Shown one piece after another: positions 10,242 through 20,514 of a stretch of 64,000 bases of DNA. The stretch's first letter is position 1, and each line of letters opens with the position of its first letter. Made by a program: the position numbers and the translations under genes. This DNA is from an uncultured Nitrospirota bacterium (GTDB lineage Bacteria; CG2-30-53-67): assembly GCA_945786985.1 (NCBI GenBank), contig CALZGC010000039.1:495-64494 (forward strand). Direction: 5' to 3'. The notes below the pieces were generated by a model. The model had not been told where the DNA came from, did no database searches, and worked only from the letters and a program-made list of their open reading frames with translations.

Positions 10242-10802
10242 TCATTCATGGACCGGCTCAATCAACCCCAGGTTGCCGTCCTTTCTCCGGTACAGGACAT
10301 TCACCTGCTCCGTTCTCGAATCTGTGTAGACGATGAAATCCTTATCCAGAAGCGCCATTTGCATGGCGGCTTCATCCACGGACATCGGTTTGGCGGCATA
10401 CTCGCGAGAGCGAATAATGCGAGGCGTGGCGCTCTCCTGACCGTCGCTCTCACTGACCCAGCGGGCACCGTCCTCCCCCATCCCGGTATCCGTGTTCAGG
10501 CCGGTCTTGCCCTTGCCGCTCCAGTGCTTGGCCTTGAATTTCCTGTACTGCTGTCCAATCCCCTCGATGGCCCGATCCACCGATTGATACATGTCTTTGG
10601 TCTCTTCGGAAACTTTGAAAATATGCCCGCCCACATTGCAAGACACTTCGGCTTTGTGCCGGTACTTCTCGACACAAAGCGTGACATGAACCTCCGTCTC
10701 CTTTTGGAAGTGACGCCGCAGTTTCTGCAGCTCCTTCTCCACATGCCCCCGAAGCCCGTCGGTCAGTTCCATATGCCGCGCCGTAATATGCACCTGCATC
10801 AT
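10242..10802 (-). CDS. hpf: ribosome hibernation promoting factor (long form, sigma-54 modulation protein)
   Basis: MQVHITARHMELTDGLRGHVEKEL... N-domain plus C-terminal dimerisation extension. Immediately downstream of rpoN. Confidence 0.9.
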   Translation of the reverse strand: MMQVHITARHMELTDGLRGHVEKELQKLRRHFQKETEVHVTLCVEKYRHKAEVSCNVGGHIFKVSEETKDMYQSVDRAIEGIGQQYRKFKAKHWSGKGKTGLNTDTGMGEDGARWVSESDGQESATPRIIRSREYAAKPMSVDEAAMQMALLDKDFIVYTDSRTEQVNVLYRRKDGNLGLIEPVHE

Positions 10803-11053
10803 TGGTCGCCCTCAAGCAAGAATGTCATCTCATCTCCGCTGCACCGGTTCACGGTTGCCGGGAGGGAGCGCGCCCGACAGATCTCTCTTCGAGCAACGCC
10901 GAGTGCGTGCAGCCGGGCGATGCACACAAATTCCTTGCCGGGTAGGTCTTGAACGGACAGGGCTGGCCGTAGAGTGTCAAGCATGGGTCCATTCGGCTCA
11001 GTGCAGGCCGACACTCCCTTTTTCATCTCGGGTTGCGGAGGGTTGATCGTCCG

Positions 11054-12478
11054 TCAGCGGCTCATGCGCTTTCGCTCAGTGGTAGAAAGGATATTCTGTT
11101 CGATTCGGTACTTGGTGACCGTCCGCCTCGCAATTGCAATCCCCTGGCCGTTGAGGATCTCCACGATCTTCTGGTCACTATAGGGCCTCTGGTGATCTTC
11201 CCCCATGATAATCTTGCGGATCCTTTCCTGCACGCTGATCGATGAAACGCTCCCATCGGCGCAACGAAGACCGCTGCAGAAAAAGTATTTCAGTTCAAAA
11301 ATGCCGTGGGGAGTATGGACATATTTGTTCGTCGTCACCCGACTGATAGTGGACTCATGCATTTCGATGTCTTCCGCCACATCCCGAAGGACCATCGGCT
11401 TCAGGCAGGACGCCCCCTTTTCAAAGAACTCCCGCTGAAACTTCAGAATACTTTCCATGGTCCGGTAGATGGTCTTCTGGCGCTGCTCAATGCTGCGGAT
11501 CAACCAGAGGGCCGACTTGAATTTGCTCTCCACATATTCCACCGTCTGTGAACTCAGCTGCTGCCGTTCCTTCAGCATCCTCCGGTAGAAGGACGACACC
11601 TTCAGCCGAGGCATCCCGTCATCATTGAGCAGAATGACCAAATCCTTGCCATCCCGCACCACGTATATATCGGGGACGATATAAACCGGATCCTCGCCAC
11701 CGAAAGACCGGCCCGGTTTCGGCTCAAGGTTCTCGATTACTTTGGCCGCCATCGCCACGTCATCCACCGTGACGCCGAGCTTCTTGGCTATGGCCGTATG
11801 ATCTTTTTTCTGCAGCAGCGGGAGATAGTCCTGAATGATGGCCACCACCAGATGGTTGTCTGCATCCAGCTGCTCAGCCTGAAGAATCAGGCACTCCTTC
11901 AGATCGCTTGCCGCCACCCCGGGGGGATCGAAATTCTGGACCAGCTTGAGCGCCTCGGCAACCTGATCGCCCGGGCGGCTCGTCATTTCCGACAGTTCAT
12001 TGACAGACACGCGCAAATAGCCATCGTTATCCAGGTTTCCGATGACATGCTCCGCGATCGAGCGGATCTGATCATCGCTCCTGGAAAGACTCAGCTGCCA
12101 AATCAGATGGTCGCTGAGTGTGCCCTTTCGGGACAGGGTATTTTCATAGGACGGCATTTCGCCGTTGTCGGCATAAGGTTCGTAGGCCGAATAGCCCGAA
12201 TCCATGGAATCATTCAGGTAACTGCGCCAGTCAAACTCCTCTTCCTGCTTTTTGGCGGTCTCTTCCGGGCCGTTCTCATCGTCGCCCAGGATCTGTTTCT
12301 CCTCTGCGGAGGCCTCCTGCAATTCCTCCTCCAGGACGGGATTCTCCACCAGTTCCTGGTGAATGCTCTGAATCAGTTCCAGTTTCGACAGCTGGAGCAG
12401 CTTGATCGCCTGCTGCAACTGGGGCGTCATGACGAGCTTCTGGCTCAGTTTCAGATTAAGTCGAGTATCCAGCTGCAT
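11054..12478 (-). CDS. rpoN: RNA polymerase sigma-54 factor
   Basis: N-terminal LKLSQKLVMTPQLQQAIKLLQL activator-interacting region, core-binding domain, and C-terminal RpoN box ARRTVTKYR. Confidence 0.95.
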   Translation of the reverse strand: MQLDTRLNLKLSQKLVMTPQLQQAIKLLQLSKLELIQSIHQELVENPVLEEELQEASAEEKQILGDDENGPEETAKKQEEEFDWRSYLNDSMDSGYSAYEPYADNGEMPSYENTLSRKGTLSDHLIWQLSLSRSDDQIRSIAEHVIGNLDNDGYLRVSVNELSEMTSRPGDQVAEALKLVQNFDPPGVAASDLKECLILQAEQLDADNHLVVAIIQDYLPLLQKKDHTAIAKKLGVTVDDVAMAAKVIENLEPKPGRSFGGEDPVYIVPDIYVVRDGKDLVILLNDDGMPRLKVSSFYRRMLKERQQLSSQTVEYVESKFKSALWLIRSIEQRQKTIYRTMESILKFQREFFEKGASCLKPMVLRDVAEDIEMHESTISRVTTNKYVHTPHGIFELKYFFCSGLRCADGSVSSISVQERIRKIIMGEDHQRPYSDQKIVEILNGQGIAIARRTVTKYRIEQNILSTTERKRMSR

Positions 12479-12528
12479 TGTGGCCCTCACACGTGACGGC
12501 GCAACCTGCCCGATTCAGCAGGTGAAAG

Positions 12529-13281
12529 CTACGCAATTTCGAAATTCCTGCCCAGATAATGATGCCGGACCACCGGATCACGAATCACCTCATCCGGCGC
12601 TCCACTGGCCTGGATTTGACCTTTAATCATTATATACAAGCGATCCGCAATTTTCAACATTTCTCTAGCGTTATGGTCGGTGATCAACACACCGATCCCC
12701 CGCTTCTTCAGTTCTTGGATCATCCCTTCTATATCACTGACGGCGATCGGGTCAATCCCGGCAAAGGGCTCGTCGAGCAGAATGAAAGCCGGGGCGATCA
12801 CGAGGGCCCGGGCAATCTCGACTCTTCGCCTTTCACCTCCCGAGAGGGTGTACGCTTTCTGGGTTCGCAAATGCGCAATCCCAAAATCCTGCAGCAGCGA
12901 CTCCCGCCTTTCGCTCTTCTCAACGGCGGAGAGGGGAAGATTCTCCAGAACGGCACTCAGATTCTGTTCCACCGTCAATTTCTGAAAAACAGACGCCTCC
13001 TGCGGCAGATAGCTAACGCCTTGACGGGCCCGCCGAACCATGGGTTCTTCGGTGATGGATTTTTCCCCCAGGTAAACCTCTCCCTGGTCTGCGCGAATGA
13101 GCCCGACCACCATATAAAAAGTCGTGGTCTTGCCAGCACCGTTGGGCCCGAGCAGCCCCACGACTTCTCCGGGATCCACATAAAGGCTCACATCTCGTAC
13201 CGCCTCCGCGCCATTGTACCGTTTGACGAGACCGACAGCCTTCAAGGCGCTCCGGCTGGGCACAGCAACATTTTCATTCAC
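12529..13281 (-). CDS. lptB: LPS export ABC transporter ATP-binding protein LptB
   Basis: Walker [13 protein letters not shown] signature [15 protein letters not shown], Walker B ILLDEP. Conserved lptB–rpoN adjacency. Confidence 0.95.
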   Translation of the reverse strand: MNENVAVPSRSALKAVGLVKRYNGAEAVRDVSLYVDPGEVVGLLGPNGAGKTTTFYMVVGLIRADQGEVYLGEKSITEEPMVRRARQGVSYLPQEASVFQKLTVEQNLSAVLENLPLSAVEKSERRESLLQDFGIAHLRTQKAYTLSGGERRRVEIARALVIAPAFILLDEPFAGIDPIAVSDIEGMIQELKKRGIGVLITDHNAREMLKIADRLYIMIKGQIQASGAPDEVIRDPVVRHHYLGRNFEIA

Positions 13282-13927
13282 TTGGATTCACCGACGGGTC
13301 GCCCTTGCCATCCTCAGGATAAAAGAGAAATCGGGGCCTCTCGACCGTGTCCCCCTCCACCTCGGTCCTGTCCTCGTCCAGATAGACCCGGATGATTGAT
13401 CCCGAAATAGTATTGTTTCCCTCGGAGATCTTCGCGTGACCGCTCAGAATCAGCAGTTCCCCGGCTTCCAGATACTCCGCCCGGTCGGCCATGGAAAGGC
13501 GGCTACCGCGGACCACCCGCACGTTGCCGATGGCCACAATCCGATCGACGTCCTCTCCGCCCTTCTTCGGATAGGTCTCCACTCGGTCCGCATAGAGGAT
13601 CGTGTCGCCCCGCACGACTTTGACACGGTCCATAAAGGTGATCACGCCCCCTTTCAGGTCCCCTTCCATCCGGTCGGAAGTAATCGTAATGGGCAGGTCC
13701 TTGACCACGCCCGAATCTTGCCCCCATCCGGGACCTGTGCCGAGGAATGCAACGGCCAGCACCCCGAGAGTCCACAGGAGGCGGCGCCACTTGCCTGAGC
13801 GCCCGAGCCAGTCCCTTCGCTGCCGAAAAGAAGGAGCCGGCGGCACCGCCCGGCGGCGGTTGTGGGACGCCTTTTGCTCTCGCGAGCAGCTTTCCTCACG
13901 CGCCTCGATCAACGCAACCCCTCTCAT
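13274..13927 (-). CDS. lptA: LPS transport periplasmic protein LptA (OstA-like)
   Basis: OstA-like beta-jellyroll repeats ([25 protein letters not shown]...[19 protein letters not shown]). Start chosen at MRGVALIE; ATGA overlap with upstream lptC. Confidence 0.8.
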   Translation of the reverse strand: MRGVALIEAREESCSREQKASHNRRRAVPPAPSFRQRRDWLGRSGKWRRLLWTLGVLAVAFLGTGPGWGQDSGVVKDLPITITSDRMEGDLKGGVITFMDRVKVVRGDTILYADRVETYPKKGGEDVDRIVAIGNVRVVRGSRLSMADRAEYLEAGELLILSGHAKISEGNNTISGSIIRVYLDEDRTEVEGDTVERPRFLFYPEDGKGDPSVNPSE

Positions 13928-14622
13928 CCTTTGTTCCCGGTCGGCGTGCGCACCGGCGTGATGACTGTCCGGACGCTTCCCGTCACTTCCAGCGTCTGCA
14001 GATCCGTGCGAAAGACCATGCGGTCTCCCCATAGAACGTAACCGGCATTCACCAACCGAACCGGCTCTTCCGACACCACCCGCTGTTCGGGCTCCTCCCA
14101 CGTCAGGCGAGCCGCGTAAAGCGTGTATCCCGAGTCGGTCTCCACCTCAACGTCCCCGCTGAGCTCGACTCGCCTTTCATCCTCGTAGTAATCACCGACA
14201 CGGCCAGCGAGATGTACCCAGCCCCCCGCTTTCGGTAAATATTCAACCCGGACCTGCTCCATATGGACCCTGGCTTCCCCCAGGAACCTCTCCGCCCGTT
14301 CGGCCCAGATTTCCCACTTGCGTTTTCCCTCTTCGCGCTCGGTGAAATGAAACTGCTCGATGGCAATTTCGGCATCCGAGTCGATATGGCTCGGATTCAC
14401 GGCCACATCCCGGCCAATCCCACCACCCCGCATCATCAGAATATAGGCAGCCAAGGAGACGACGGCCAGCGCCGTCACAAAGATCAGTGTATTGAAATGT
14501 CGTCTTAACAGGATCTGCAAACCGGGCCTCAAGTGGGCGGGAGTATAACATAACCGTCGTGCCCCCTCAACCGCCATCTCCCACTCCTCAAACCCAAACC
14601 GCACAGAGGCCTGGCCCGGCAA
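13924..14622 (-). CDS. lptC: LPS export system protein LptC (probable)
   Basis: Single N-terminal TM anchor (LIFVTALAVVSLAAYILMM) plus a beta-rich periplasmic domain. Position upstream of lptA–lptB. Start uncertain. Confidence 0.6.
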   Translation of the reverse strand: MPGQASVRFGFEEWEMAVEGARRLCYTPAHLRPGLQILLRRHFNTLIFVTALAVVSLAAYILMMRGGGIGRDVAVNPSHIDSDAEIAIEQFHFTEREEGKRKWEIWAERAERFLGEARVHMEQVRVEYLPKAGGWVHLAGRVGDYYEDERRVELSGDVEVETDSGYTLYAARLTWEEPEQRVVSEEPVRLVNAGYVLWGDRMVFRTDLQTLEVTGSVRTVITPVRTPTGNKG

Positions 14623-15258
14623 TCAGGGATAGGAAGACAGTAAGCGGTTGATTTTATTAATACTTGCCGCCATCTCCTTGCCGCTGACAGGCTGTGACAC
14701 ATGAAATCGTCCCGACGTGTCGAGATCCATGATTCCGGCCGCCAAAACCATGCGGACAGCCCGGTAATAACGATGGCCCTGCGGAAGATCGGTCGGTGCC
14801 CGCCCGGAAGAAGGTCGTTCCTCACGGTTGACGTTCATCCGCTCCAGGATCCCGGTCAGCACCTCTGCGGCTTCGCCCCTGGTAATCGGCCGGTCCGGCT
14901 CGAACCGATGGTTCGCGGGCACCGAGATGAGCTGGCGCTGAACAGCCGACAGAATCTCCCGGCGGGCCCAGTGCTCAGCAATGTCTACCACTACCGGGAA
15001 ATCTTCGGAGACCGGCATCCCGCCGATGGGAAGTTCCCTCACGAGCAGAACCGCCAACCCGGAGCGCGTCAACTCACGAATCTCCGAAACCGGTGGCAGT
15101 TCTTCCGGCCAGCGCTCCGGAATGGAAACCTGGGCCGGCCGGGGCAGCACCTCCGGCGGCGGCACCGAAACGGGGCGCATGCAAGCTGCAAGCATCATCA
15201 GGGCCCAGAGGCAGGATAGCCCGGATATTGCATGAGTGCATCTATTACGAGGCCGCAT
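14623..15258 (-). CDS. lipoprotein with SLH-like repeats (hypothetical)
   Basis: Lipobox LMMLAAC; two segments resembling S-layer-homology motifs (FEPDRPITRGEAAEVL, FHVSQPVSGKEMAASI). Its start codon and signal-peptide n-region are encoded inside repeat copy A. Confidence 0.5.
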   Translation of the reverse strand: MRPRNRCTHAISGLSCLWALMMLAACMRPVSVPPPEVLPRPAQVSIPERWPEELPPVSEIRELTRSGLAVLLVRELPIGGMPVSEDFPVVVDIAEHWARREILSAVQRQLISVPANHRFEPDRPITRGEAAEVLTGILERMNVNREERPSSGRAPTDLPQGHRYYRAVRMVLAAGIMDLDTSGRFHVSQPVSGKEMAASINKINRLLSSYP

Positions 15259-15313
15259 ACGGCAGCTTCTACGATCTCTCATCACGATCCCTTATAGAAT
15301 ATCCGGACTAGTC
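15217..15313. repeat. MITE-like dispersed inverted-repeat element, copy A (~97 bp)
   Basis: TAGCCCGGATATTGCATGAGTGCATCTATTACGAGGC...CTCTCATCACGATC...ATATCCGGACTAG. Its 5' 27-mer matches copy B at 25/27; the ends are mutually inverted. Confidence 0.6.
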
Positions 15314-15423
15314 CGAGATATCCACAGTGCTTCTGCAAATCGCGTCTTCCCATGGGGACACAATTGGTTGGCGTAACGCAACCCGGAGCGGCAGCAGAAT
15401 TCTATCGGGATGCCGGCAACAAG

Positions 15424-17019
15424 TCAAGAAAAGCGCTTGGCCGTGACGGAAGGGAATTGGGATGCATCGGTGTGCGGCAAAAACATGGCGGCATTTAGCA
15501 GGGGCATGAAATCGCCGTCGACGTTCAGCTCCACGTAGGTCACACGCCGGCTGATCTCTTCGAGTTCCCGTCGTTTTGCATTTGAGAGCAGACAGAGACA
15601 GGCGCCCACGCCGGCACTGTTATGGAGCGCGCGGTAACGAGCCAGGGGAATATCGGGAACCATCCCGATGCTTATGGCCTTTTCAGGGTCGATATAGGCA
15701 CCGAACGTTCCCGCGACGAAAAAATACTCCAGATCGTGGAAGGAAAGCCCCGCCTGGCGCGTCATGACAGTCAGCGCCGTGTACATGGCAGCCTTGGTGC
15801 GAAGCAGATTATCCAGATCGAGCTGGGTCAAGTCGATGGGCGTCCCGGTGCCGCTCTGATCCGCAGGGACCAGCCGATACGCCGTGTGGCCATCCCGTTC
15901 CACAACGCCTTGCGCCCCGATGACAATCTTTCCCCGTTCATCAATCACACCGCTCAGGAAGAGCTCGGCCATCAGATCGATGAGGCCCGATCCGCAGATC
16001 CCTCTGGGGGGGATACGCCCGATGGTGGACCAGGTGGGCCGGAGAGTCTTGCGGTCCATCCGCACCTGATCGATGGCCCCTGGCGCCGCCCGCATCCCGC
16101 AGCCAACGACTCCGCCCTCCAGGGCCGGACCGGCGGCGCCGGCCGCCACCGTCAGCCAGTGCCGATTCCCGAGAACGATCTCGGCATTGGTCCCCACATC
16201 CACGAGCACCGAGAACTTCTCGGCGCGGTGCATCTGCGACACCAGAATGCCGGCCAGCGCGTCCCCGCCGGCGTAACTGCCCACACTGGGAAGGGCATAG
16301 AACACTGCATTTTCATGGACCTCCAAATCGAAATCGCGGGCGGGACAAATCTGCAGGCGATTGACGACGGGACTGTAGGGCTCCCGGCAGAGACGGTGGG
16401 TAGAAAACCCGCAGAAGAGATGCACCATGGTCGTATTCCCGGCCGCGGCCACTGCGTAGACGTGCCGCCGGTCGATACCATTCTTCTGCAGCAGCTTTGC
16501 AAGGGCCCCGTTGATCGCCTGAATCAACACGGTCTGAAGCTCAGCCGCTCCCTCCTCTCTCTCACAATAGTGTATACGGCTCAGGATATCCTCCCCGAAG
16601 CGAACCTGGGGATTCTCGGCGGTCGACTCATCGAGAACGACTCCCCGGTGCAAGTCGAGGAGGTAGAAGACCAGATTGGTCGAACCGAGATCGACGGCCA
16701 GGGCAAAGTTCATCCCGACTTGGTTGCCGGCAGCCGCATCAATCACTTCCGTGCTGCTCTCCTTCACGGCCAGAGTCACTGTCAGCGGGCCGCGGCTTTC
16801 ATAAAGGACCTCCGACAAGTGCCGCACCATGCCCAAGGGCACAGAGGGGTTACGGACATCTGATTGCTTTTCGAGGAGATCCAGCACCCGATCAACGTCG
16901 CCCCGGTTGTCACGAAGACTGGGCAGCGGAACCTCCAGGAAGACCTTGCGCACCAGAGGATCCAACGCATCCCGTGCCAGGAGTTGTCTTGAGTCTTTCG
17001 GGTCAGAGAAGGTCACCAC
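15424..17019 (-). CDS. ASKHA-domain protein (DUF4445, RACo C-terminal-like ATPase without ferredoxin domain)
   Basis: 531 aa with acetate/sugar-kinase fold phosphate motifs (AVDLGSTNLVFYL, VDVGTNAEIVLG, CGSGLIDL) typical of the corrinoid-activase C-terminal domain family. Confidence 0.7.
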   Translation of the reverse strand: MVTFSDPKDSRQLLARDALDPLVRKVFLEVPLPSLRDNRGDVDRVLDLLEKQSDVRNPSVPLGMVRHLSEVLYESRGPLTVTLAVKESSTEVIDAAAGNQVGMNFALAVDLGSTNLVFYLLDLHRGVVLDESTAENPQVRFGEDILSRIHYCEREEGAAELQTVLIQAINGALAKLLQKNGIDRRHVYAVAAAGNTTMVHLFCGFSTHRLCREPYSPVVNRLQICPARDFDLEVHENAVFYALPSVGSYAGGDALAGILVSQMHRAEKFSVLVDVGTNAEIVLGNRHWLTVAAGAAGPALEGGVVGCGMRAAPGAIDQVRMDRKTLRPTWSTIGRIPPRGICGSGLIDLMAELFLSGVIDERGKIVIGAQGVVERDGHTAYRLVPADQSGTGTPIDLTQLDLDNLLRTKAAMYTALTVMTRQAGLSFHDLEYFFVAGTFGAYIDPEKAISIGMVPDIPLARYRALHNSAGVGACLCLLSNAKRRELEEISRRVTYVELNVDGDFMPLLNAAMFLPHTDASQFPSVTAKRFS

Positions 17020-18960
17020 TTATCCTGAGAGGCTCGCATCGTACACCACCGCCCCCATCTCCGATACGTCGTAACCACCGAGTGCCAGAATCATCTCTTT
17101 GAATTCCGGATCGTCCCGCAGAATCCCGAGCAGGCGCTGCATGGCCTCCGTCTCCAGGAAGTCCGACGGAATGGCAAAGTCAAACCGTTCGCGGGCCACG
17201 GGGATAAAGTCCAGAGAGAGCGCCCGGGCCGCCGCCAGAATTCCGACCCCCGCGTCTGCCGTCCCACCGGCCACGGCGGATGCCACCCCCATGTGGGTAT
17301 ACTCCTCCCGTTCGTAACCGCGGATGGCCTCGGGAAGGAACCCCAGTTTTCGCAGGCTTCCCTCGGTCAGCAGTCGGGTGCCGGAGCCCTTCTGGCGGTT
17401 GATAAAGACCAGATCGTCCCGGGCGAGATCCTGGAGTCCCTTGATCCCCTTCGGATTCCCCCGGGGAACCAGCAAGCCCTGCTCCCGGTACACGAGATTG
17501 ACCAACACCATCGGTCGGTCCGGCAGGAGACGCCGCAGAAAGGGTGCGTTGTATTCACCGCTCTCCTCGTCGAGCAGATGGGTACCCGCCAAATGCGCTT
17601 CCCCCCGCTTGATGGCCAGCAGGCCACCCAGACTCCCCACATGGGAGGAGGAGAAGGAGAGCCTCGGATGGCGTTTCTTCAGAACATTCGCCAGGATGTC
17701 CAGGGTGTTGTCGTGACTGCCGATGCAAACCACCGTCTCGGCCAGTTCCGATGTAGACCGGAGCAGCTCGACCCGGACCTCCTCCCCGGCGGCGATCCCC
17801 TCGCTGAGCGCCGGAATGCGGACGATACCGCCCGCCCGCACCAAGGACATGAGCTTCCCGGCCCCCCGGGAGACCGGTGTGGCCACGGTCCGGGGTCCCA
17901 CAACCCCGACCGTGACGCGCACAAACTCTTCCTGTCCGACCGCGGAGCTGATCTGTCGCGACAGAACAGCGGGCACCGTCTGAGGCTCGGGCACGGGACG
18001 CCCTTGACAGGCGAAGAGCAGGGGCTTCACAAAGAGCGACAAGGTCAACACGGCCGAAATGGGATAGCCTGGAATGCCGACTACCGGTTTGTGGTCCACC
18101 ACTCCGAGAATGACCGGTTTTCCGGGCTTGATGCTCACACCCTGTACGAAGACCTCCCCCAGTTCCCGCATAGCGTGAATCGTAAAGTCCTCGCGCCCCG
18201 CCGAAGAGCCGGCGTTGACCACAACCATGTCGGCGCTCTCGAGGGCGGCCTGAATGCCGGCCCGGACGGCTTCCAGCGTATCCGGAACAACATCGTGGCG
18301 CACAGCCCGTCCGCCCCACTCCTGGATGAGTCCGCAGAGAATTCTCGAGTTGAATTCGATGATCTGCCCCTGCTTCGGCGTACATCCGGGCTGGACCAAC
18401 TCGCTGCCGGTGGGAAGCACCCCCACAACGGGAAGCCGGCGTACCTGAAGCTCCGTCAAACCACCGGCCAGGATGGCCCCCAAGTCCACCGGACGAATCT
18501 CATGATTCTCCGGAAGGATCAGCTCCGTGGCCACCAGATCCTCCCCCATGGTCCGTACATGCTTGTAGGGGGTCACCGGAGCGATGATCTCGATTTCGTC
18601 CCGGCCGCAGCAGTCCACCTCCTCGATCATGATGACCGCGTCCATCCCATCGGGGAGGGGATCGCCCGTGTCCACGTAGACGGCCTCCCTGCCGATCCGC
18701 AGACGCTTCGGCCGCGTTTCCGAGGCCCCGACGGTATCCACAAACCGCACGGCCACGCCATCCATCGCAGCCGCGTGATAGCTCGGTGAGGAAAGCCGCG
18801 CCGTCACGGCCTGCGCGGTGATGCGACGCAGGGCGTCGTCCACAGGAATCACTTCGCCCGGTAGCGGCTGCCAAACCCCGTGCCGGGTCAGCACCTCTGT
18901 CCATTTCGCGAGGGCTTCGGACAGGGGCGTGCTTTTCGGGTAAACCTCACGTTTCACCAC
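17020..18960 (-). CDS. moeA: molybdopterin molybdotransferase MoeA fused to a C-terminal periplasmic-binding-protein-like domain
   Basis: N-terminal MoeA domains (AMDGVAV...GDPLPDGMDAVIMIEE...GSSAGREDF...IPGYPISA), then a ~240-aa extension (CIGSHDNTLDILA...GGLLAIKRGEAHLAGTHL) resembling a type-2 PBP/molybdate-binding fold. Confidence 0.85.
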   Translation of the reverse strand: MVKREVYPKSTPLSEALAKWTEVLTRHGVWQPLPGEVIPVDDALRRITAQAVTARLSSPSYHAAAMDGVAVRFVDTVGASETRPKRLRIGREAVYVDTGDPLPDGMDAVIMIEEVDCCGRDEIEIIAPVTPYKHVRTMGEDLVATELILPENHEIRPVDLGAILAGGLTELQVRRLPVVGVLPTGSELVQPGCTPKQGQIIEFNSRILCGLIQEWGGRAVRHDVVPDTLEAVRAGIQAALESADMVVVNAGSSAGREDFTIHAMRELGEVFVQGVSIKPGKPVILGVVDHKPVVGIPGYPISAVLTLSLFVKPLLFACQGRPVPEPQTVPAVLSRQISSAVGQEEFVRVTVGVVGPRTVATPVSRGAGKLMSLVRAGGIVRIPALSEGIAAGEEVRVELLRSTSELAETVVCIGSHDNTLDILANVLKKRHPRLSFSSSHVGSLGGLLAIKRGEAHLAGTHLLDEESGEYNAPFLRRLLPDRPMVLVNLVYREQGLLVPRGNPKGIKGLQDLARDDLVFINRQKGSGTRLLTEGSLRKLGFLPEAIRGYEREEYTHMGVASAVAGGTADAGVGILAAARALSLDFIPVARERFDFAIPSDFLETEAMQRLLGILRDDPEFKEMILALGGYDVSEMGAVVYDASLSG

Positions 18961-18974
18961 GCCTGCCTCCTGCG

Positions 18975-20267
18975 TCAGTCAAAAAGAGCCACCTCCACCT
19001 CCTCTCCCCTCTCCAGGCCGATCCTCTCCTCCGGGATGATCACGGTCCCATGGGCATCGACGAGGGTACGAATCAGGCCCGATTTGCCGAGAATGGGCCG
19101 CGCCCGAATCTGCTCCTCCTCGATCTCGATGGCCACCCGGATATAGTCCTCTCGCCCGGCCACGGAAGAGACGGACCGTGACATTCTGGCCCGAATGACC
19201 GGCCGTCGGAGCGAAGACCAGGGCACCTCCCGAAGGCCCGACAGCAAGCGGAGGACGGGCCTCACAAAGAGGTCAAACCCGATCACAATGGCCGCCGGAT
19301 GTCCGGGCAGGCCGAAAACAGGGGTCTTGCGGACCACGGCACAGATGGTCGGTTTGCCCGGCTTCACCGCCACCCCGTGAACAACGATCCCCGGCCCTCC
19401 CAGCCGTGAAACCACTTCGGCCGTCAGATCTCGTGTGCCGGCGGAGCTTCCGCCGGACAGCACGACCACCTCACACTCCGCCAACGCCCGCAACACGCTC
19501 TCCGTCAGGGCCGCCAGATCATCGGGCACGATGGCATACCGGTCCGGAACCCCGCCCGCCTGTTCGATCAAAGCCGACAGATGATAGCTGTTGATGTCCC
19601 GCACCTGTCCGGGACCGGCCACCTGATGGGGGGGGACGATTTCACTGCCCGTCGGAATGACGGCAACCCGGGGGCGCCTGTAGACGGGCACCCGGGTCAC
19701 ACCCAGGCCGCAGAGCACGCCGATGTCCTGGGGTCGCAGGCGGTGCCCCGCCTGCAGAACGACCTCCCCCTCTTGCACATCGTCGCCGGCCTGAATCACG
19801 TTTTCTCCCGGCGCCACCGATCGGGTGACCTCGATCATCCGATCGTCCACCGGAGCGGTCTGCTCGAACATGACCACGGCATCAGCGCCTTCCGGCAGCA
19901 TCCCCCCCGTGGCGATCTTCATCGCATCCTGGACCCGAACCACGCCGGATGCAGGCACGCCCATCGGAACTTCTCCTGCCATGTTGAGATAGGCAGGCAG
20001 AGCCTCCGTCGCGCCAAAGGTATCCTGCGCCCTTACCGCGTAACCGTCCATGGTGGACCTTGAAAAGACCGGCAGGTCTTCGCTCGACACAATCGGCTGA
20101 CTGATGACCCGGCCCAATGCGCAGACCACGTCGACCCTCTCCTCCCTAAGCTCGAGCACGCCGAGGTGGGAAAAAAAAGTCTCCCGCGCACGCCGACGGG
20201 GCGCCAGTTCGCACCGTCCCAGCATATCTTTCGGCCCCTGGGGCTTCTTTCTGGAAGGATCATCCAT
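18975..20267 (-). CDS. moeA: molybdopterin molybdotransferase MoeA (second paralogue)
   Basis: SRSTMDGYAVRA, GGMLPEGADAVVMFE, LSGGSSAGTRDLT, GLPGHPAAI, and a C-terminal beta-barrel domain. Start uncertain (MDDPS at 20267 or MLGRC at 20225). Confidence 0.88.
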   Translation of the reverse strand: MDDPSRKKPQGPKDMLGRCELAPRRRARETFFSHLGVLELREERVDVVCALGRVISQPIVSSEDLPVFSRSTMDGYAVRAQDTFGATEALPAYLNMAGEVPMGVPASGVVRVQDAMKIATGGMLPEGADAVVMFEQTAPVDDRMIEVTRSVAPGENVIQAGDDVQEGEVVLQAGHRLRPQDIGVLCGLGVTRVPVYRRPRVAVIPTGSEIVPPHQVAGPGQVRDINSYHLSALIEQAGGVPDRYAIVPDDLAALTESVLRALAECEVVVLSGGSSAGTRDLTAEVVSRLGGPGIVVHGVAVKPGKPTICAVVRKTPVFGLPGHPAAIVIGFDLFVRPVLRLLSGLREVPWSSLRRPVIRARMSRSVSSVAGREDYIRVAIEIEEEQIRARPILGKSGLIRTLVDAHGTVIIPEERIGLERGEEVEVALFD

Positions 20268-20448
20268 TGCGCCGCTCTCTCGCTTAAACGTCCGGCGCGC
20301 CCGTTCCCCTGAACCCCGGGCCCGGGCGAAGCCTTTGAAACCTAACAAAAAAATCGGGCAGAAAAATTTATATCACAGCCGGCGGAAGAATGGCAATGGA
20401 ATCTTCATCCTAAAGCCCGAATGACCACCTCTGCCCCCAAAATCAGAC

Positions 20449-20487
20449 AAAAAAAGCCGCCACCTTGAGAAATCAAGGCAGCGGCGG
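20449..20487 (-). terminator. Rho-independent terminator downstream of the tetrahaem cytochrome gene
   Basis: Minus-strand stem-loop GCCGCTGCCTTGA-TTTC-TCAAGGTGGCGGC followed by TTTTTTTG. Confidence 0.65.
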
Positions 20488-20514
20488 GTATCAACTGAAA
20501 AACGTGCCTGCGCG

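Noticed and set aside
11798-13395. Plus-strand ORFs of 232 and 278 aa
   Set aside because: Antisense to rpoN and lptB.
15622-18789. Plus-strand ORFs of 413 and 498 aa
   Set aside because: Antisense to the ASKHA and moeA genes; no motifs.
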